NCBI GenBank assembly: GCA_963749495.1
Contig: CAVVMW010000021.1
Location: 320,001-384,000 of the forward strand
From: an uncultured bacterium
Lineage (GTDB): Bacteria; Verrucomicrobiota; Verrucomicrobiia; Limisphaerales; UBA8199
Reading direction: 5' to 3'
DNA length: 64,000 nucleotides
Positions within the stretch are counted from its first letter, which is position 1. Every line of letters starts with the position of its first letter. Both the position numbers and the translations under genes were made by a program. Positions 30,151 through 41,132 of the stretch are shown piece by piece. Under the pieces are notes generated by a model. The model was not told where the DNA came from. It searched no databases and worked only from the letters and a program-made list of their open reading frames with translations.

Positions 30151-31572
30151 TTGGCCCTGACAACCTCTGAGCCTTCCGTGCAAGCACCGACACCAAATGC
30201 TCTTCCGCCCGGGGCCCTCCACGCCCCCTCCTGGTTGTGGGCTCCTTTTCAGCCGGATGGCGCCCTGCCTTGGGGCCTTGGGTTGGCCGGGCATCTCTAT
30301 GGCCGCGCCGGCTTCGGGGCCAATTGGGGGGAACTCCAGCAGGCGGTGGCGGGCGGCCCGGAAGCGGCTGTCGAGAAACTCCTGCACCCCGAGGCCGACG
30401 TGGCGGCGTTCAACGAGAGTTACAGCGCTTACGAGAAGGCGGCCGCCGGCTCGGAAAGCGATTTGGCGGCGTGGTGGCTGAGGCGCCTCTTGGAGACGCC
30501 GCACCCGCTGCTGGAGCAGATGACCCTGTTCTGGCACAACCACTTCGCGATAACCAATGGGCGCGTGGCCAATCCCGCTTTGATGTGCCGCTATGTCGCT
30601 GTGCTGCGGCGGCACGCGCTCGGGCGCTTCGATGCCCTTCTGGAGGCCGTCTTGGACGAACCGGCGGTGCTGCTCTCGCTGGGCGGCCAGGCCAACCGCA
30701 AGGCGCGCCCGAACCTGGACTTTTCGCGCGCCGTGCTCGAACGGTTCACCCTGGGGCCGGGCGTGTGCGCTGATGGTGATGTCCGGGCCGCAGCCGGGGC
30801 CTTGACGGGCTGGTTCGTCTCGCACAACGAAGCCCAGTACATCCCCCGCGAACACGACTCAGGCCCCAAGAAACTGCTGGGCCGCGAGGGTGACTTCGGG
30901 CGCAAAGACCTCGTGCGCGTCCTGCTCGAGCACCCGGCGACGGCCCAGTTCATCGTCCGCAGACTTTGTCGTTGGTTCATCTCGGATGTCTCCGCCTTGC
31001 CGGAGAGCGTGATTGCGCCCCTGGCAGCCGATTTGCGCAAAGACTACGATTTGGCCAGGCTCGCCCGGACCATCCTGCTGTCGAACCTGTTCTTTTCCTC
31101 GCGCGGGCAGAAGGTCAAGAGCCCGGTCCAGTTCGCCGTGGGCTTGGTCAGGCCGCTCGAAGGCAAAATCGGGACCGTGCGCCTGGCCTCGGACCTCACC
31201 GCGCTGGGGCAGGACCTGCTCCAGCCCCCGACTGCCGAGGGGTGGGCGGGGGGCCAAAGCTGGATCAACCGGTTTACGCTCCTGGGCCGCGCCAGGCTCG
31301 CCCAGGACCTGCTGGCCGCTTCGGGTCCCTACGAGGGCAAGACGGACCCGGCGGCTGCCGCATCAAAACACGGCCAGTCGGGTCTCCAGGCCGCAAGCCG
31401 GTTCCTTTGCGACCTATTGTTCCAGGGCAACCTGCCCGAAGAAACCAGCCAGGCCGTGCTCAAAAGGGCAGGGGAGGCCCCGGCCCCGCCTCCAGGCGAG
31501 GGCGCCCTCTCCGCTCCCCTCCGCCGCCTTGCCCTCCTGCTGGCAACGATGCCCGAGTACCAAATGGCGTGA
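30151..31572 (+). CDS. DUF1800 family protein
   Basis: HL..RAGFG, EQMTLFWHNHFA, LE.FTLG, HD.GPK, KSP, PEYQ. Confidence 0.9.
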   Translation: MALTTSEPSVQAPTPNALPPGALHAPSWLWAPFQPDGALPWGLGLAGHLYGRAGFGANWGELQQAVAGGPEAAVEKLLHPEADVAAFNESYSAYEKAAAGSESDLAAWWLRRLLETPHPLLEQMTLFWHNHFAITNGRVANPALMCRYVAVLRRHALGRFDALLEAVLDEPAVLLSLGGQANRKARPNLDFSRAVLERFTLGPGVCADGDVRAAAGALTGWFVSHNEAQYIPREHDSGPKKLLGREGDFGRKDLVRVLLEHPATAQFIVRRLCRWFISDVSALPESVIAPLAADLRKDYDLARLARTILLSNLFFSSRGQKVKSPVQFAVGLVRPLEGKIGTVRLASDLTALGQDLLQPPTAEGWAGGQSWINRFTLLGRARLAQDLLAASGPYEGKTDPAAAASKHGQSGLQAASRFLCDLLFQGNLPEETSQAVLKRAGEAPAPPPGEGALSAPLRRLALLLATMPEYQMA

Positions 31573-31631
31573 GCAGCGTGGAGCGAATTATGGACACCTC
31601 AGTGATGGGCCAGTTGAGGCGGAGACGGAGT

Positions 31632-31796
31632 GCGGGGCAGACCCCTCACCCCAACCCTCTCCCCTTCCGAAGGGGAGAGGGGGAAGTGTCGGCAGTCTCT
31701 GGATCTCCCAGGCGTCTGCCCTTCCTCAAAGCGCCACCGAGAACGCTCCCTCTCCCCATCCGATGGGGAGAGGGCCGGGGTGAGGGGTCTGCCCGC
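31632..31796. repeat. REP doublet family A, copy 4
   Basis: Inverted relative to copy 2; lies just before (possibly within) the DUF1501 N-terminus. Confidence 0.85.
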
Positions 31797-31823
31797 GATA
31801 GCGATGCAGCCTTCACTGAGACC

Positions 31824-33083
31824 TTGCGCACCACACGTCGCGATTTCATCAGGACGCTATTCGGGGCTTCGGCGGTGGCGGCGTTCAGTCCGGCGGTGCC
31901 GGCGTTCCTGGCCCGGACGGCGCTGGCCGCCGGCGCGCAAGGCGCGGCTCGTGATTCGGTCCTGGTCGTCGTTCAATTGTCCGGCGGCAATGATGGCCTC
32001 AACACAGTTGTGCCCTATGAAGACGATGCCTATCGCCGCAGCCGCCCGACTTTGCGGCTGGGCGGGCAGAGCGTCCTGAAGCTCGGCTCCGGGCTGGGTC
32101 TGCACCCCGAGATGCCGGCCTTCCTGCGGCTCTATCAGGAGGGACACCTGGACATCCTCCAAGGCGTCGGCTATCCAGACTCGGATCGCGACCACCAAGT
32201 CGCGATGCGCAACTGGCACACGGCACGCCCCGGTGAGGCCCTCGCCCAAACCGGGTGGGTCGGCCGGGCTATAGATTGGGCCTGCAACGATGGCCAAACC
32301 GATGTGCCGGGCGTTTTCGTCGGCCCGATCCCCGCCCCGTTCGGCCTCCAATCCGCCCGCGCTGTCGTGCCGGCCATCAAGTCGCTCGATTCATGGCTGC
32401 CAGCGGACCGCGCGGCCGCGGTGCGGTCTGCCGTAGAGGCGGCAAGCTCGCGCGCAGGCGCGTCGGCTGAGGCCTCGAGCAATCCGCTGCCGGATTTCCT
32501 CCGCCGGACTGCCCTCGAGGCCGCGGTAGCCAGCACCCGCCTGGAAGCCGCGCGCCAGGCCGCCACGCAGACGGGCGCCGCCCCATACCCGGGCTTTTCA
32601 CTGGCTCAGACACTCAAATCGTGCGCCCTGCTCATCCGGGCTGAACTGGGCATCCGCATATTCTTCGCCGAGATGGGCGGCGGGGGGATCGGCGGGTTCG
32701 ACACTCACGCAGACCAGGCGGCCAACCATGGAGCACTGCTGCGTGAACTCTCCGAATCGGTGGCCGCTTTCTTCGATGACCTCCAGCGCAACCGCTTGCT
32801 GGCTCGGGTCCGGCTGATGACTTTTTCCGAGTTCGGCCGAACTTTGTCCGAGAACGGGCGGCGAGGCACCGGGCACGGGGCCGCCGCACCGCTCTTCCTG
32901 GCCGGCGGCGGGCTCAAAGGCGGACTGATCGGCCAGCATCCGAGCCTGACCGACCTGGACGCCGATGCCCCCAAATTCCACACCGACTTCCGGCGCGTCT
33001 ATGCCACCGTCCTGGACCGCTGGCTCGGTTTCAACAGCCAAGCCGTGCTGGGCGCCAGGTTCCAACCGCTCGACAGCGTGTGA
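31824..33083 (+). CDS. DUF1501 family protein (Tat signal)
   Basis: TRRDF, QLSGGNDGLNTVVP, GFDTH, FSEFGR, DFRRVYAT; start uncertain (TTG 31824 or ATG 31590). Confidence 0.9.
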   Translation: MRTTRRDFIRTLFGASAVAAFSPAVPAFLARTALAAGAQGAARDSVLVVVQLSGGNDGLNTVVPYEDDAYRRSRPTLRLGGQSVLKLGSGLGLHPEMPAFLRLYQEGHLDILQGVGYPDSDRDHQVAMRNWHTARPGEALAQTGWVGRAIDWACNDGQTDVPGVFVGPIPAPFGLQSARAVVPAIKSLDSWLPADRAAAVRSAVEAASSRAGASAEASSNPLPDFLRRTALEAAVASTRLEAARQAATQTGAAPYPGFSLAQTLKSCALLIRAELGIRIFFAEMGGGGIGGFDTHADQAANHGALLRELSESVAAFFDDLQRNRLLARVRLMTFSEFGRTLSENGRRGTGHGAAAPLFLAGGGLKGGLIGQHPSLTDLDADAPKFHTDFRRVYATVLDRWLGFNSQAVLGARFQPLDSV

Positions 33084-33174
33084 TGGCGTAGTGCGAACGC
33101 GGAGCGTGAAGCCGGACAAGGAGGTACGGTGCGAGCACAGAGGGAGCACGGAGGCGGATTCGGATGGACAATGA

Positions 33175-33254
33175 AAACGCAGAGACGCGAAGGACGCAGA
33201 GACCAGGCAAGGCAGACGAGGCCGATCTCTGCGTTCTTCGCGTCTCTGCGTTTA
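33175..33254. repeat. 9-mer periodic inverted repeat (ACGCAGAG-type)
   Basis: AAACGCAGAGACGCGAAGGACGCAGAGA ... TCTCTGCGTTCTTCGCGTCTCTGCGTTT. Confidence 0.8.
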
Positions 33255-33330
33255 AATGAACGTCTCGCAGGGCGTGACGCCGCCCATTCGTCATTCGTCA
33301 TTCGTCATTCGTCATTCGTCATTCCGCCGA

Positions 33331-34264
33331 TCACCGCGCCGGCCTTGCGACAAGGCGCAGCACGTCGCGGGCGCTGACAGCTTCGTGGAAGACGATCATC
33401 GCGGGTTGGACGGCCGGCGCCGAAGGCTGGGCGTCGGACGGCTCGCCCTCGCCGAAGGCAGCGATGGTCGAGACATGGCCGATGACATTGCCGCACTCAT
33501 CCAGGACGGCGGACCCGCTGGAGCCGGGCGCCCAGGCGGTGGCAACGTCCAGGCGCGTGGGGGCGTAAGCCGCCGACGCGGGAGCGCTGAAAGGCCGGCG
33601 GCCGGGGAACTGGTAAAAGCGATTGACGATGCCCTGGCTGAAGAAGCCCCGGTGGTCCAGCGGGTCGCTATAGCAATACGCTGTGTCGCCCGGATAGACG
33701 TTGGTGTTCAAGGCCAGCGGGACCAGGGAGACCCCGCCCACGCGCAGGATGCAGAACGTCGCTGTAGCGATTTGCGGCGAGCACCTCCGTTACCCCAAAG
33801 ACCTTGCCGCTTTCGTCGGCCGCAACCAGGCAGCCCATTTTCATTTTCGAGTCAGGCTGGACCACATGATAGCAGGTGGCGATTGCGCCGTTGGTGGTGA
33901 GGGCATAGCCGCCTGCCAGGTTGACGTGCCAATCTTCGCACTGGGTACACAGGAACACCCAGCCCACTCGGAAGTGGCTGCGGCGCGCGGCGGCGCAGAT
34001 CTCGCGCGGGGCCAGCTTGCGCGTGGCCGGCGCGGGCAAATCCAATTCGCAGGACGTGTGCTTGAGCTGTTCCTGGATGGTCGTGAGCCGGATTACGCTG
34101 CCCCTGGCGAAAAGGTCCCTGGCGGCGGTCCGGATCTGGTCCTCGTATTGCGACTCCTGCCGCCCCTGCCGATACACCGGCACGTCCGGGGCCTGGGCGC
34201 CAACGCTCAGCCCCGCAGCCCACAAAATGGCGATGGTCAAGCGCAGATACAGCCTTTTCCGCAT
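33331..34264 (-). CDS. Secreted trypsin-like serine protease; frameshift near 33755
   Basis: TCYHVV, SD, GSSGSAVLD. Confidence 0.78.
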
Positions 34265-34712
34265 GCCCGCAGTATGCCCGCTCCTGGCAACGCTGCAAAT
34301 CCATTCCAGGGGTCCGGCAACGCGCGACAAAATGTCTCGGTGCACGGTAGGGTCGAGGGTGGGGGCGCGCCGCCCGACGCCGAAGCCGTCCTTCATACCA
34401 CCCCAGGGCGACGCCCTCCTGCCCCGGACTTTGAGTGACATTCACGACCTTTGTCGCAGCCTTTGTCGAAACCTTTGTCGAAATCCAAGCAAAAGGCGTC
34501 AGCCCTGGTTCATTTTCTTGGTTGACACGCTGATCAGGAGGGCTGTATCGATCCGCCAGGCCGCGCAAACTGCGGGTTGAATATCCTGGAGCCCTGTATA
34601 ACGTGGTGAGTCGAGGACATCGGCGCCAGGACATTTTTTTGAATGAGGGGAAGATGGGGCAAAACGAACCATACTATGGGTGACCCCTTTTCTTTTCTTT
34701 TTCCAGAACAGA

Positions 34713-35434
34713 TCATGCCCCGCCTTGAACCTCAAGGTCGGTGATTCTGGTGACTGTGCCTTCACGCATAATAAACCTGCGCACCGGCTCCCCCATCGCA
34801 AAAAGGCGTCCTTTGGGGGTGACGCACAGACCTGCGTCCCACGGGATTCCGTATCCGACCGCCTCTTGTTTGCCAACTCGCAGTAGAGTGAGCAGCTCTT
34901 CCCAGTTTTCAGCTTCTCCGTGAGTATCGCAGAGTACCGGCGCAAAGCCCATGCAGGCGAAGATTTCGGCAGTCGAATCGTCGTTGGGATCCGCCAGCGC
35001 ACCCATTGACGGGAAAGCATTATACTGCCGGCTGAAAGGCCGACAAACACTGTCCCGTTATCGTAGTGCGCACGCAGGAGCGGGGTAAGGTCTTTTTCGC
35101 CAAGCACCCGCATGCCCTCTTCAACGTCTCCCCCCGACACGAGAATGGCGTCCGCATCCTTAAGAATATCCAGCGTTCTTCCCATGTTAACCCTTGCGCC
35201 TGCCGTGGGCGCCAGTAAAACATCACCTGCTCCGGCGTTCTTCAACAAAGCGGAGACCATTCTGAAGAAATCCTGATCGTCTTCGCTCGCACTGCCCAGG
35301 TACGCGACCCGCGGATGAGGTTCGCCGCATTGTTCGATGACCAGGTGCAGCAGAGGATCGGGGCGCTTACACTTTGGCGTTGCTTTCGGCCTGCCTGCCA
35401 GCAGAAACAACGGGCCTGGAGATGCGGTGTTCAT
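34713..35434 (-). CDS. Peptidase S51 (dipeptidase E / cyanophycinase-like, GATase1 fold); frameshift near 35000
   Basis: ADAILVSGGD, GLSAGS, CDTH. Confidence 0.8.
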
Positions 35435-35492
35435 CAACACATTCCTTTCTGCCGGGTGCCTCAAGGATCCATTCGCAGTCAGCGCAGATCTG

Positions 35493-36872
35493 TCACGAAA
35501 TCAGTAAAACATGCCGGCGATCAAGAAAAGAACTCGGATCGATAGCAATGAGTGGCTTGACAAGCCGGTACTTGCCGGGAATATCCGGCGAAAGCGCGCG
35601 CTCGGTTTTCACTGACACTCTGGCATTGTTGCCGTACACCGACCTGAGCACCTCCCTCACTTGTTTCTCGCACGTTGACGGCGTATTGGGGGGGTTGCAC
35701 ACAATAAATGCCGCGTACTCCGCTCGGCTGGTTTGGAGAATCTGGTATTCCTCGACCCCCACAACGCCGCTCAGCGCGCCGTCAATCTGCCGCTGTGTGA
35801 CGGCCTTCCCGTCAGGCGTAATCGTAACGTTCTTGACACGGCCCTCCATTGCAGCAATCGTGATTCCGCTGTTTCGTCCGCACCGGCACATGCCCTGCGG
35901 TGCGAGCCTCACCAAGTCGCCCACGTCAAACCGAACCACTACGTACCATGGATTCTGAAATGTTGTGACCAATATGCGGCCAACTTGGGGCCCGCCATGC
36001 TCCTCTGCAAAAGGCTGAAAATCAACGCGGCAAAATTGCGTGTTTTGGTGCAGATGTCCAGCCTCGCATTCCATGAACACATACCCGCATTCAGTACACC
36101 CGTACGAGCTTGCCAACGGAGCAGCAAAAGCCTCTCGAATGAACCGATAGTGAAGGATGGACGGATACTCGTAGGTGAGAAAAATCATTCGTGGCTGAAC
36201 AACCCTTTTGTTTGTGCGCACAATGTGCCGGGAAAGCTTGGCAAGGAAGGACGGGTTTGCTTCGAGGCTTTGGGGCTGGAAGCTATTGAGTTCGTCGACC
36301 ATCCGGTCCATGTGCTCGTTGGTCCATTCGGCTGGATTTACCCTCTCGTTAAGAAAAAGGAAACGGCCGAGCCTCCGCTTGTCAAAGGGCAGATATCCGG
36401 TTTCGCAGGGCATTCCAGCGCATAATGGACTGGTGAGAATTGCTTCGGGCTGTGAGCCGGTGAGTGATTGGGCAGCGGTGGAATGCAGTTGCCAGGAAGC
36501 ACACTCTGAGGCGTTCCACCATTTCTGGCACCAAATATTCGTGACTTGCTCGTCCGTGGTGCCGCTGGTCTTGACGTATTCGATCTCGCCGGAGGCAATG
36601 CCATTATCAAGATCCTTATTGGGCGGCACGAATGCTCTCACACCATGGGCGCGCATGTCTGCCTTCGTCAGAGCCGGCATACGTGAATAGCGAACGTCAA
36701 TGTCTGATCCTGGCCCGGGGTCGAGTTTCCGCCAGCTTTGATACGCAGGCAAGGAGGCAAGCGCGGTTTCCAACGTCTCAAGAGACCGACTGCTGGGCAA
36801 GTGCTTTTCCCATGCCAAGCCACTTCCTGACGCCTTGCGGGTGAGGAAGATGGGGTTTTCGGCCGGATTCAT
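35493..36872 (-). CDS. Phenylacetate-CoA ligase-like (CapK/PaaK) adenylate-forming protein
   Basis: TSGTT, YGCTECG, VRFDVGD, GR; visibly AT-richer than host. Confidence 0.8.
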   Translation of the reverse strand: MNPAENPIFLTRKASGSGLAWEKHLPSSRSLETLETALASLPAYQSWRKLDPGPGSDIDVRYSRMPALTKADMRAHGVRAFVPPNKDLDNGIASGEIEYVKTSGTTDEQVTNIWCQKWWNASECASWQLHSTAAQSLTGSQPEAILTSPLCAGMPCETGYLPFDKRRLGRFLFLNERVNPAEWTNEHMDRMVDELNSFQPQSLEANPSFLAKLSRHIVRTNKRVVQPRMIFLTYEYPSILHYRFIREAFAAPLASSYGCTECGYVFMECEAGHLHQNTQFCRVDFQPFAEEHGGPQVGRILVTTFQNPWYVVVRFDVGDLVRLAPQGMCRCGRNSGITIAAMEGRVKNVTITPDGKAVTQRQIDGALSGVVGVEEYQILQTSRAEYAAFIVCNPPNTPSTCEKQVREVLRSVYGNNARVSVKTERALSPDIPGKYRLVKPLIAIDPSSFLDRRHVLLIS

Positions 36873-37196
36873 CGCGGGCGCATTGTATCAGGCGCAATGA
36901 ACGTTTCAACCCCCAACTTCCTGCGGCTCTGCCCCGTCCTGTCAGGGTGGTTGATTTCCCTCCAATCAGGGTGAATCTCGCCCAGGCACACTCGAACATA
37001 AAACGGGGTCTTCGACGTGGAGAAGGCTCTCGACGATTTCATCGATCACGACGGCAGGCCGTTTCTCCTCGATGACGGCCGGGAGCCAGGTGTGGGCGGG
37101 TTTTACAGTGTTGCCCGGTCCGAGCGGGTGCCGATAGAACTGTGTGTTGCGATGCACACCCCCGGCGGGGCCGATTGCTTACAATCGAGCGGCGCG

Positions 37197-37410
37197 CGGC
37201 CCTACGGGCCGCCAGAACCTAGCCCAGGGCTGAGGCCACCAGGCCGATGCCCTGGGGGAATAGGCCCCCACGCGACCGGGTGCGCCCTGAATGGGCGCCA
37301 GAGCCTCTGGCGCCCATTCAGGGCGCTCAAGCGCTCTCTGGGTCGAAACCCCCAGGGCATCGGCCTCACGGCCTCAGCCCTGGGCTAGGTTCTATCGGCC
37401 CTTTGGGCCG
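37197..37410. repeat. REP/REPIN-like long palindrome family C, copy 1
   Basis: AGCCCAGGGCTGAGGCC...GGCCTCAGCCCTGGGCT; homolog at 40884. Confidence 0.85.
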
Positions 37411-37491
37411 GGCACTCTGGCGCCCCGAGAATCCAATCCCGGGGATGCGAAATCGAGTCTTGGTTTCCTTCGTTTCCTTCGTTTGCTTCTG

Positions 37492-38436
37492 TTACAATCC
37501 GAGTCGTTCGATCATGAGCGCGACCTGGTGGCGATGGGCCAGGAGCGGGCGCGGGTCGGTCGTGAAGTTGGTGAGGTCGCGTGAGACCGCACCGGGCACG
37601 GCCAGCAGGCGGCGCGCCGCCTCGAGCGTGCGCTGGTCGCGCTTGGCGGCCTGGGCGCGCTGGATGGCCTGCCGGAGCAGCCAGAAGTATTCGTAGTCCT
37701 CCATCCCGTCGCGAAGGTTCTCCCAACGGACGGAATTGACGGGGCCTTCGAGGCAAGGCGCGGTCGCGGCGTTCGCCTGGGGCTGAGAGTGGGGTGGGTA
37801 GAGGAACCGGCCATCGCCGTTGCCCCAGAAGCGGCGTTCACCGGGCTTCTCGTCGTAGCCGGCCTGGTAGCTCATCGGATCGGCCCAAGGATCCTGCAGC
37901 TTTGGAGCGGGAAAGGCCGAGGGGCTGGTCCACCAGGTTGTGGACCAGATGAGGATGCCGGAGACGCCGTATTGCCAGGATTGCCAGGGCCAGAGCCTCA
38001 GCTCGGTCCCGGGATGATCGATGAACTCGGTGACATAGGGCGCTTTGGGTCCGCAGCAGATGTACCACCAGACCTCTTCGCCCGCGGCCTGGCGCTGGCG
38101 CACGCTCTCCGGGGTCCACTTGGGCGTGAGGCCGCACCAGATCTCGACGTGGCCCAGCAACTGCGGCTCGGGTTGGACGGTGAGCATCCGGCGCAGGCCC
38201 GGCGCCGCATCTTTCAACCGTTTCATCCCCGCCACTACGAAGTTAAAGTCCTTGGGCGCCGGCTCATCGAACCAATACACAAAGGCCTTGTCGAGCCAGC
38301 CGCGCTGGCGCAGATGGCGCTCGACTTGCCCCAGATAGTCCTTGAAAAGCCGCGCGTGCTCCGCCGTGCCTTCTTTGAAGCCCTCAAGCTCGCCCAGCGC
38401 GCGGCTGTAAAAGGTGCCGCCCCCCATCCCGCGCAC
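37492..38436 (-). pseudogene. DUF4091-containing glycoside hydrolase-like gene, 5'-truncated
   Basis: YWFDEP, VWWY.C, GILIW, GNGDG...YP, S.RWE.LRDG.EDYEY; begins mid-domain next to the 12-mer palindrome. Confidence 0.7.
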
Positions 38437-38458
38437 CGGCAGTTAGCTCCGATCTCAG

Positions 38459-38541
38459 ACCTTTGTCGCAACCTTTGTCGGCGCCTTTGTCGAGGCATGG
38501 CCCACCCGACAAAGGTCCCGACAAAGGTTCCGACAAAGGTC
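38459..38541. repeat. 12-mer periodic inverted repeat
   Basis: (CCTTTGTCG-NNN)3 ... (CGACAAAGG-NNN)3. Confidence 0.85.
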
Positions 38542-38642
38542 CGGACTCGCGGCGCTCGTGGAAACAGGCGCTAGACCCACCGCCCGGCAGGACATCTTCT
38601 TCGTTCTCTTCGTTTCCTTCTGTCGAATGTGTGTGTGCCTGC

Positions 38643-39419
38643 TCAGGCTTCGGGTGCGAGGCCGAGGACGATGTCGAACCGCGCGCCGAGTTCGCCGATT
38701 CGCGACCCTTTGAGCGGAGCGAAATCCACTGTAACCAAGGACCGGGCCCGGTCGTCGCCGATATTGCGCCAGATGCGGTCGCGCTGGTTGCCGGGCTCGC
38801 CCTTGACGAAGACTTGGGTCGTCCATGGGGCGCGGCGCGGCATTTTGACCTTGAAGTGAACGTGCGCGGCCGGGCGCCCGGAGTAGGGGAGCGGTTTGAT
38901 GGTGCGAAAATAGTACTCGCCGCTCGTTCCGGTGAGGAATCGGCCGAAGCCCTGGAAATGAGAGTCGTAGCGGCTGCGGTTTGGCTGGTCGGCCAGATAG
39001 ATTCCCAGGCTGTCGGCCTCCCACATCTCGATCGTGGCATTGCGGATCGGTTCGCCCCGGCTGTCCAGCAATCGCCCGCTGATGTGCGCGATCTCGCCCA
39101 CGGCAGGGGTGATCGAGTCGTTGATGAGGATCAGGTCATTGTCGGTATCCAACGGGAGTTTGGGCGGATAGAAAGGGCCCTCCTCAACGAACGGGGTCTT
39201 GCGCGCCAGTTCTTCGGCAAAGAGACCCGGCGTCGTGAACCAGGCGGCGCCCAGGCCCAACTGGCCGAGAAACCGCCGCCGGGAACGCGAGGCCCAGCCA
39301 ACGCAGCCCGGAGACGATGGGTTCAGAGCGCGCATTTCCGCGTTCTCTGAGAGGTTTGGATCAGCCGGATTCGTGTCGAGCGCGATGTCCGGGGCGTTGG
39401 ATACAGATGAATGCTTCAT
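38643..39419 (-). CDS. Intradiol ring-cleavage dioxygenase (protocatechuate 3,4-dioxygenase-like), Tat signal
   Basis: SRRRFL, EGPFYP, GIY, TIKP.PY.GR..HVH; start uncertain. Confidence 0.85.
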   Translation of the reverse strand: MKHSSVSNAPDIALDTNPADPNLSENAEMRALNPSSPGCVGWASRSRRRFLGQLGLGAAWFTTPGLFAEELARKTPFVEEGPFYPPKLPLDTDNDLILINDSITPAVGEIAHISGRLLDSRGEPIRNATIEMWEADSLGIYLADQPNRSRYDSHFQGFGRFLTGTSGEYYFRTIKPLPYSGRPAAHVHFKVKMPRRAPWTTQVFVKGEPGNQRDRIWRNIGDDRARSLVTVDFAPLKGSRIGELGARFDIVLGLAPEA

Positions 39420-39539
39420 AGATGATTATGCTGGTGCCTTATTGCCAATATAACCGCATTTGCTGTTCGCGCACATGGGAAGATGAAAAATGTGGGTAAA
39501 GACAAGGAGGTCCACTCCATGGCTGCCTTCACTGCGTCG

Positions 39540-40753
39540 TTACGCGACGGGCGGCGATTCCTCCAGCGCCGCCGCATAGAGGGCCTCGAAGTCTTTGACG
39601 GTGATGGGACGGGGATTGAATTGGGCGGTCCATTGACGGGCGGCTTCGAGGGCGAGGCTGGCGAGAGCGTCCGCAGAGAGGCCGCGGCCTTGGAGCGAGC
39701 GGGGCAGACGGGCAAGGTCGAGGAGCCCTTCCAAGCGGGCGGCGAGCCGGGCTGCGGCCTCGCCGGGAGGTGTCGAGGCAGACGCAAGGCCGGCAGCACA
39801 GGCCAGTTCGGCATAGGTCTGCGCGGCGGCAGGCTCGGCGGCGTTGAATCTGACCACGTGGGGGAGCATGAGGCCGACGGCCTGGCCGTGGGCCAAGCCC
39901 AGGCGCGCGGTGAGGGGATTGGCAGCGGCATGGGCAGCGCCGAGCATGCTGTGTTCGATGGCGGTTCCGGCCCAGGCGGCGCCAAGGAGCATCCAGCCGC
40001 GGGCCTGGAGGTCGTCTGGCGCAGCCAGCACGCGGGGAAAACCGGGCAGTGTCAACCGGAGTGCCTCGCGGGAGAAGAGCGAAGGAGAACGCGGTGCGTT
40101 TCCGGGTAACGGCGCTCTCCACCGCATGAGCGATGGCATCAATGCCCGTGCAGGCGGTGACGCGGGGCGGTTGGGAGACGCTCAGCGCCGGATCGAGCAC
40201 GGCGATGCGCGCGGCGGCTTTCGGGTCGCCGCAAGCCATTTTTTGGTGAGACTGCTCGTCGGTGATGAGGGCGAAAGACTGGCACTCGCTGCCGGTGCCG
40301 CCCGTGGTGGGGATGGCGATGAACGGCAGCATCGGCCGGCTGGCCTTTCCCATACCCCAATAGTCCTGCACGCGCCCGCCGTTGGTCAGGAGGAAATTGC
40401 AGCCTTTGGCCGTATCCATGCTGCTGCCGCCGCCCAGACCGATGATAGCGTCGATGCATGCCCGACGCGCCAACTCGACGCATCGCTCGACGCATTGGGT
40501 GCCTGGGTTTTCCTCGACCTGGCCGAAACAGGTTATGGTGAGGCCTGCGGCCTCCAGCAGCCGGTTCACGCGCCCCGCGTGCCCGGCGGAGACGATCCCG
40601 CTGTCGGTCACCAGCAGGACCTTCTGCGCCCCGAGCTCGAAGGGCCAGGCCGCCGACCTGCTCGACGGCGTTGACCCCGAAGATGACACGGGTTCGCGGC
40701 TGGTAATCGAATGGACCGCCGGGCGTGAGTTGGGGGGGTGGTTGGAGATGCAT
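39540..40753 (-). CDS. Iron-containing alcohol dehydrogenase; frameshifts near 40640 and 40080-40135
   Basis: GGGSSMD.AK, IPTT.GTGSE, DA.AHA.E, HA.A.PL, HG.A; NP near C-terminus. Confidence 0.88.
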
Positions 40754-40883
40754 GGGCAAAGCGAAACGCTGGTTCAGCCTAAGCGGGTGTGCACAATCAA
40801 ATGTCACATTGGCCAATTGGGCATGCTTGGCTTCCTATAGGCGAGAGTCGCCTCGTCGGGACCGCGCGGCAATCCCCATTCTC

Positions 40884-41095
40884 CGGCCCAAAGGGCCGGC
40901 AGAACCCAGCCCAGGGCTGAGGCCGTCAGGCCGATGCCCTGGGGACAGGCCCGTGCCGGCCCCGGCGCGCCCTGAATGGGCGCTAGAGAGTTCTGGCGCC
41001 CCTTCAGGGCGCCTGGCCTGCTTCTGTGGCCAGAACCCAGGGCATCGGCCTGACGGCCTCAGCCCTGGGCTAGGTTCTGGCGGCCCGTTGGGCCG
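40884..41095. repeat. REP/REPIN-like long palindrome family C, copy 2
   Basis: Homologous to 37197-37410. Confidence 0.85.
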
Positions 41096-41132
41096 CAAGG
41101 CAGGCTCGGGAATATGGCTCATCGCTGCTCCT

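Noticed and set aside
36966..37157. Short minus-strand ORF resembling the C-terminus of an AlgX/SGNH-like protein (IEEKRPAVVIDEIVE)
   Set aside because: Too short to support from motif memory alone; mentioned only as a possible remnant.
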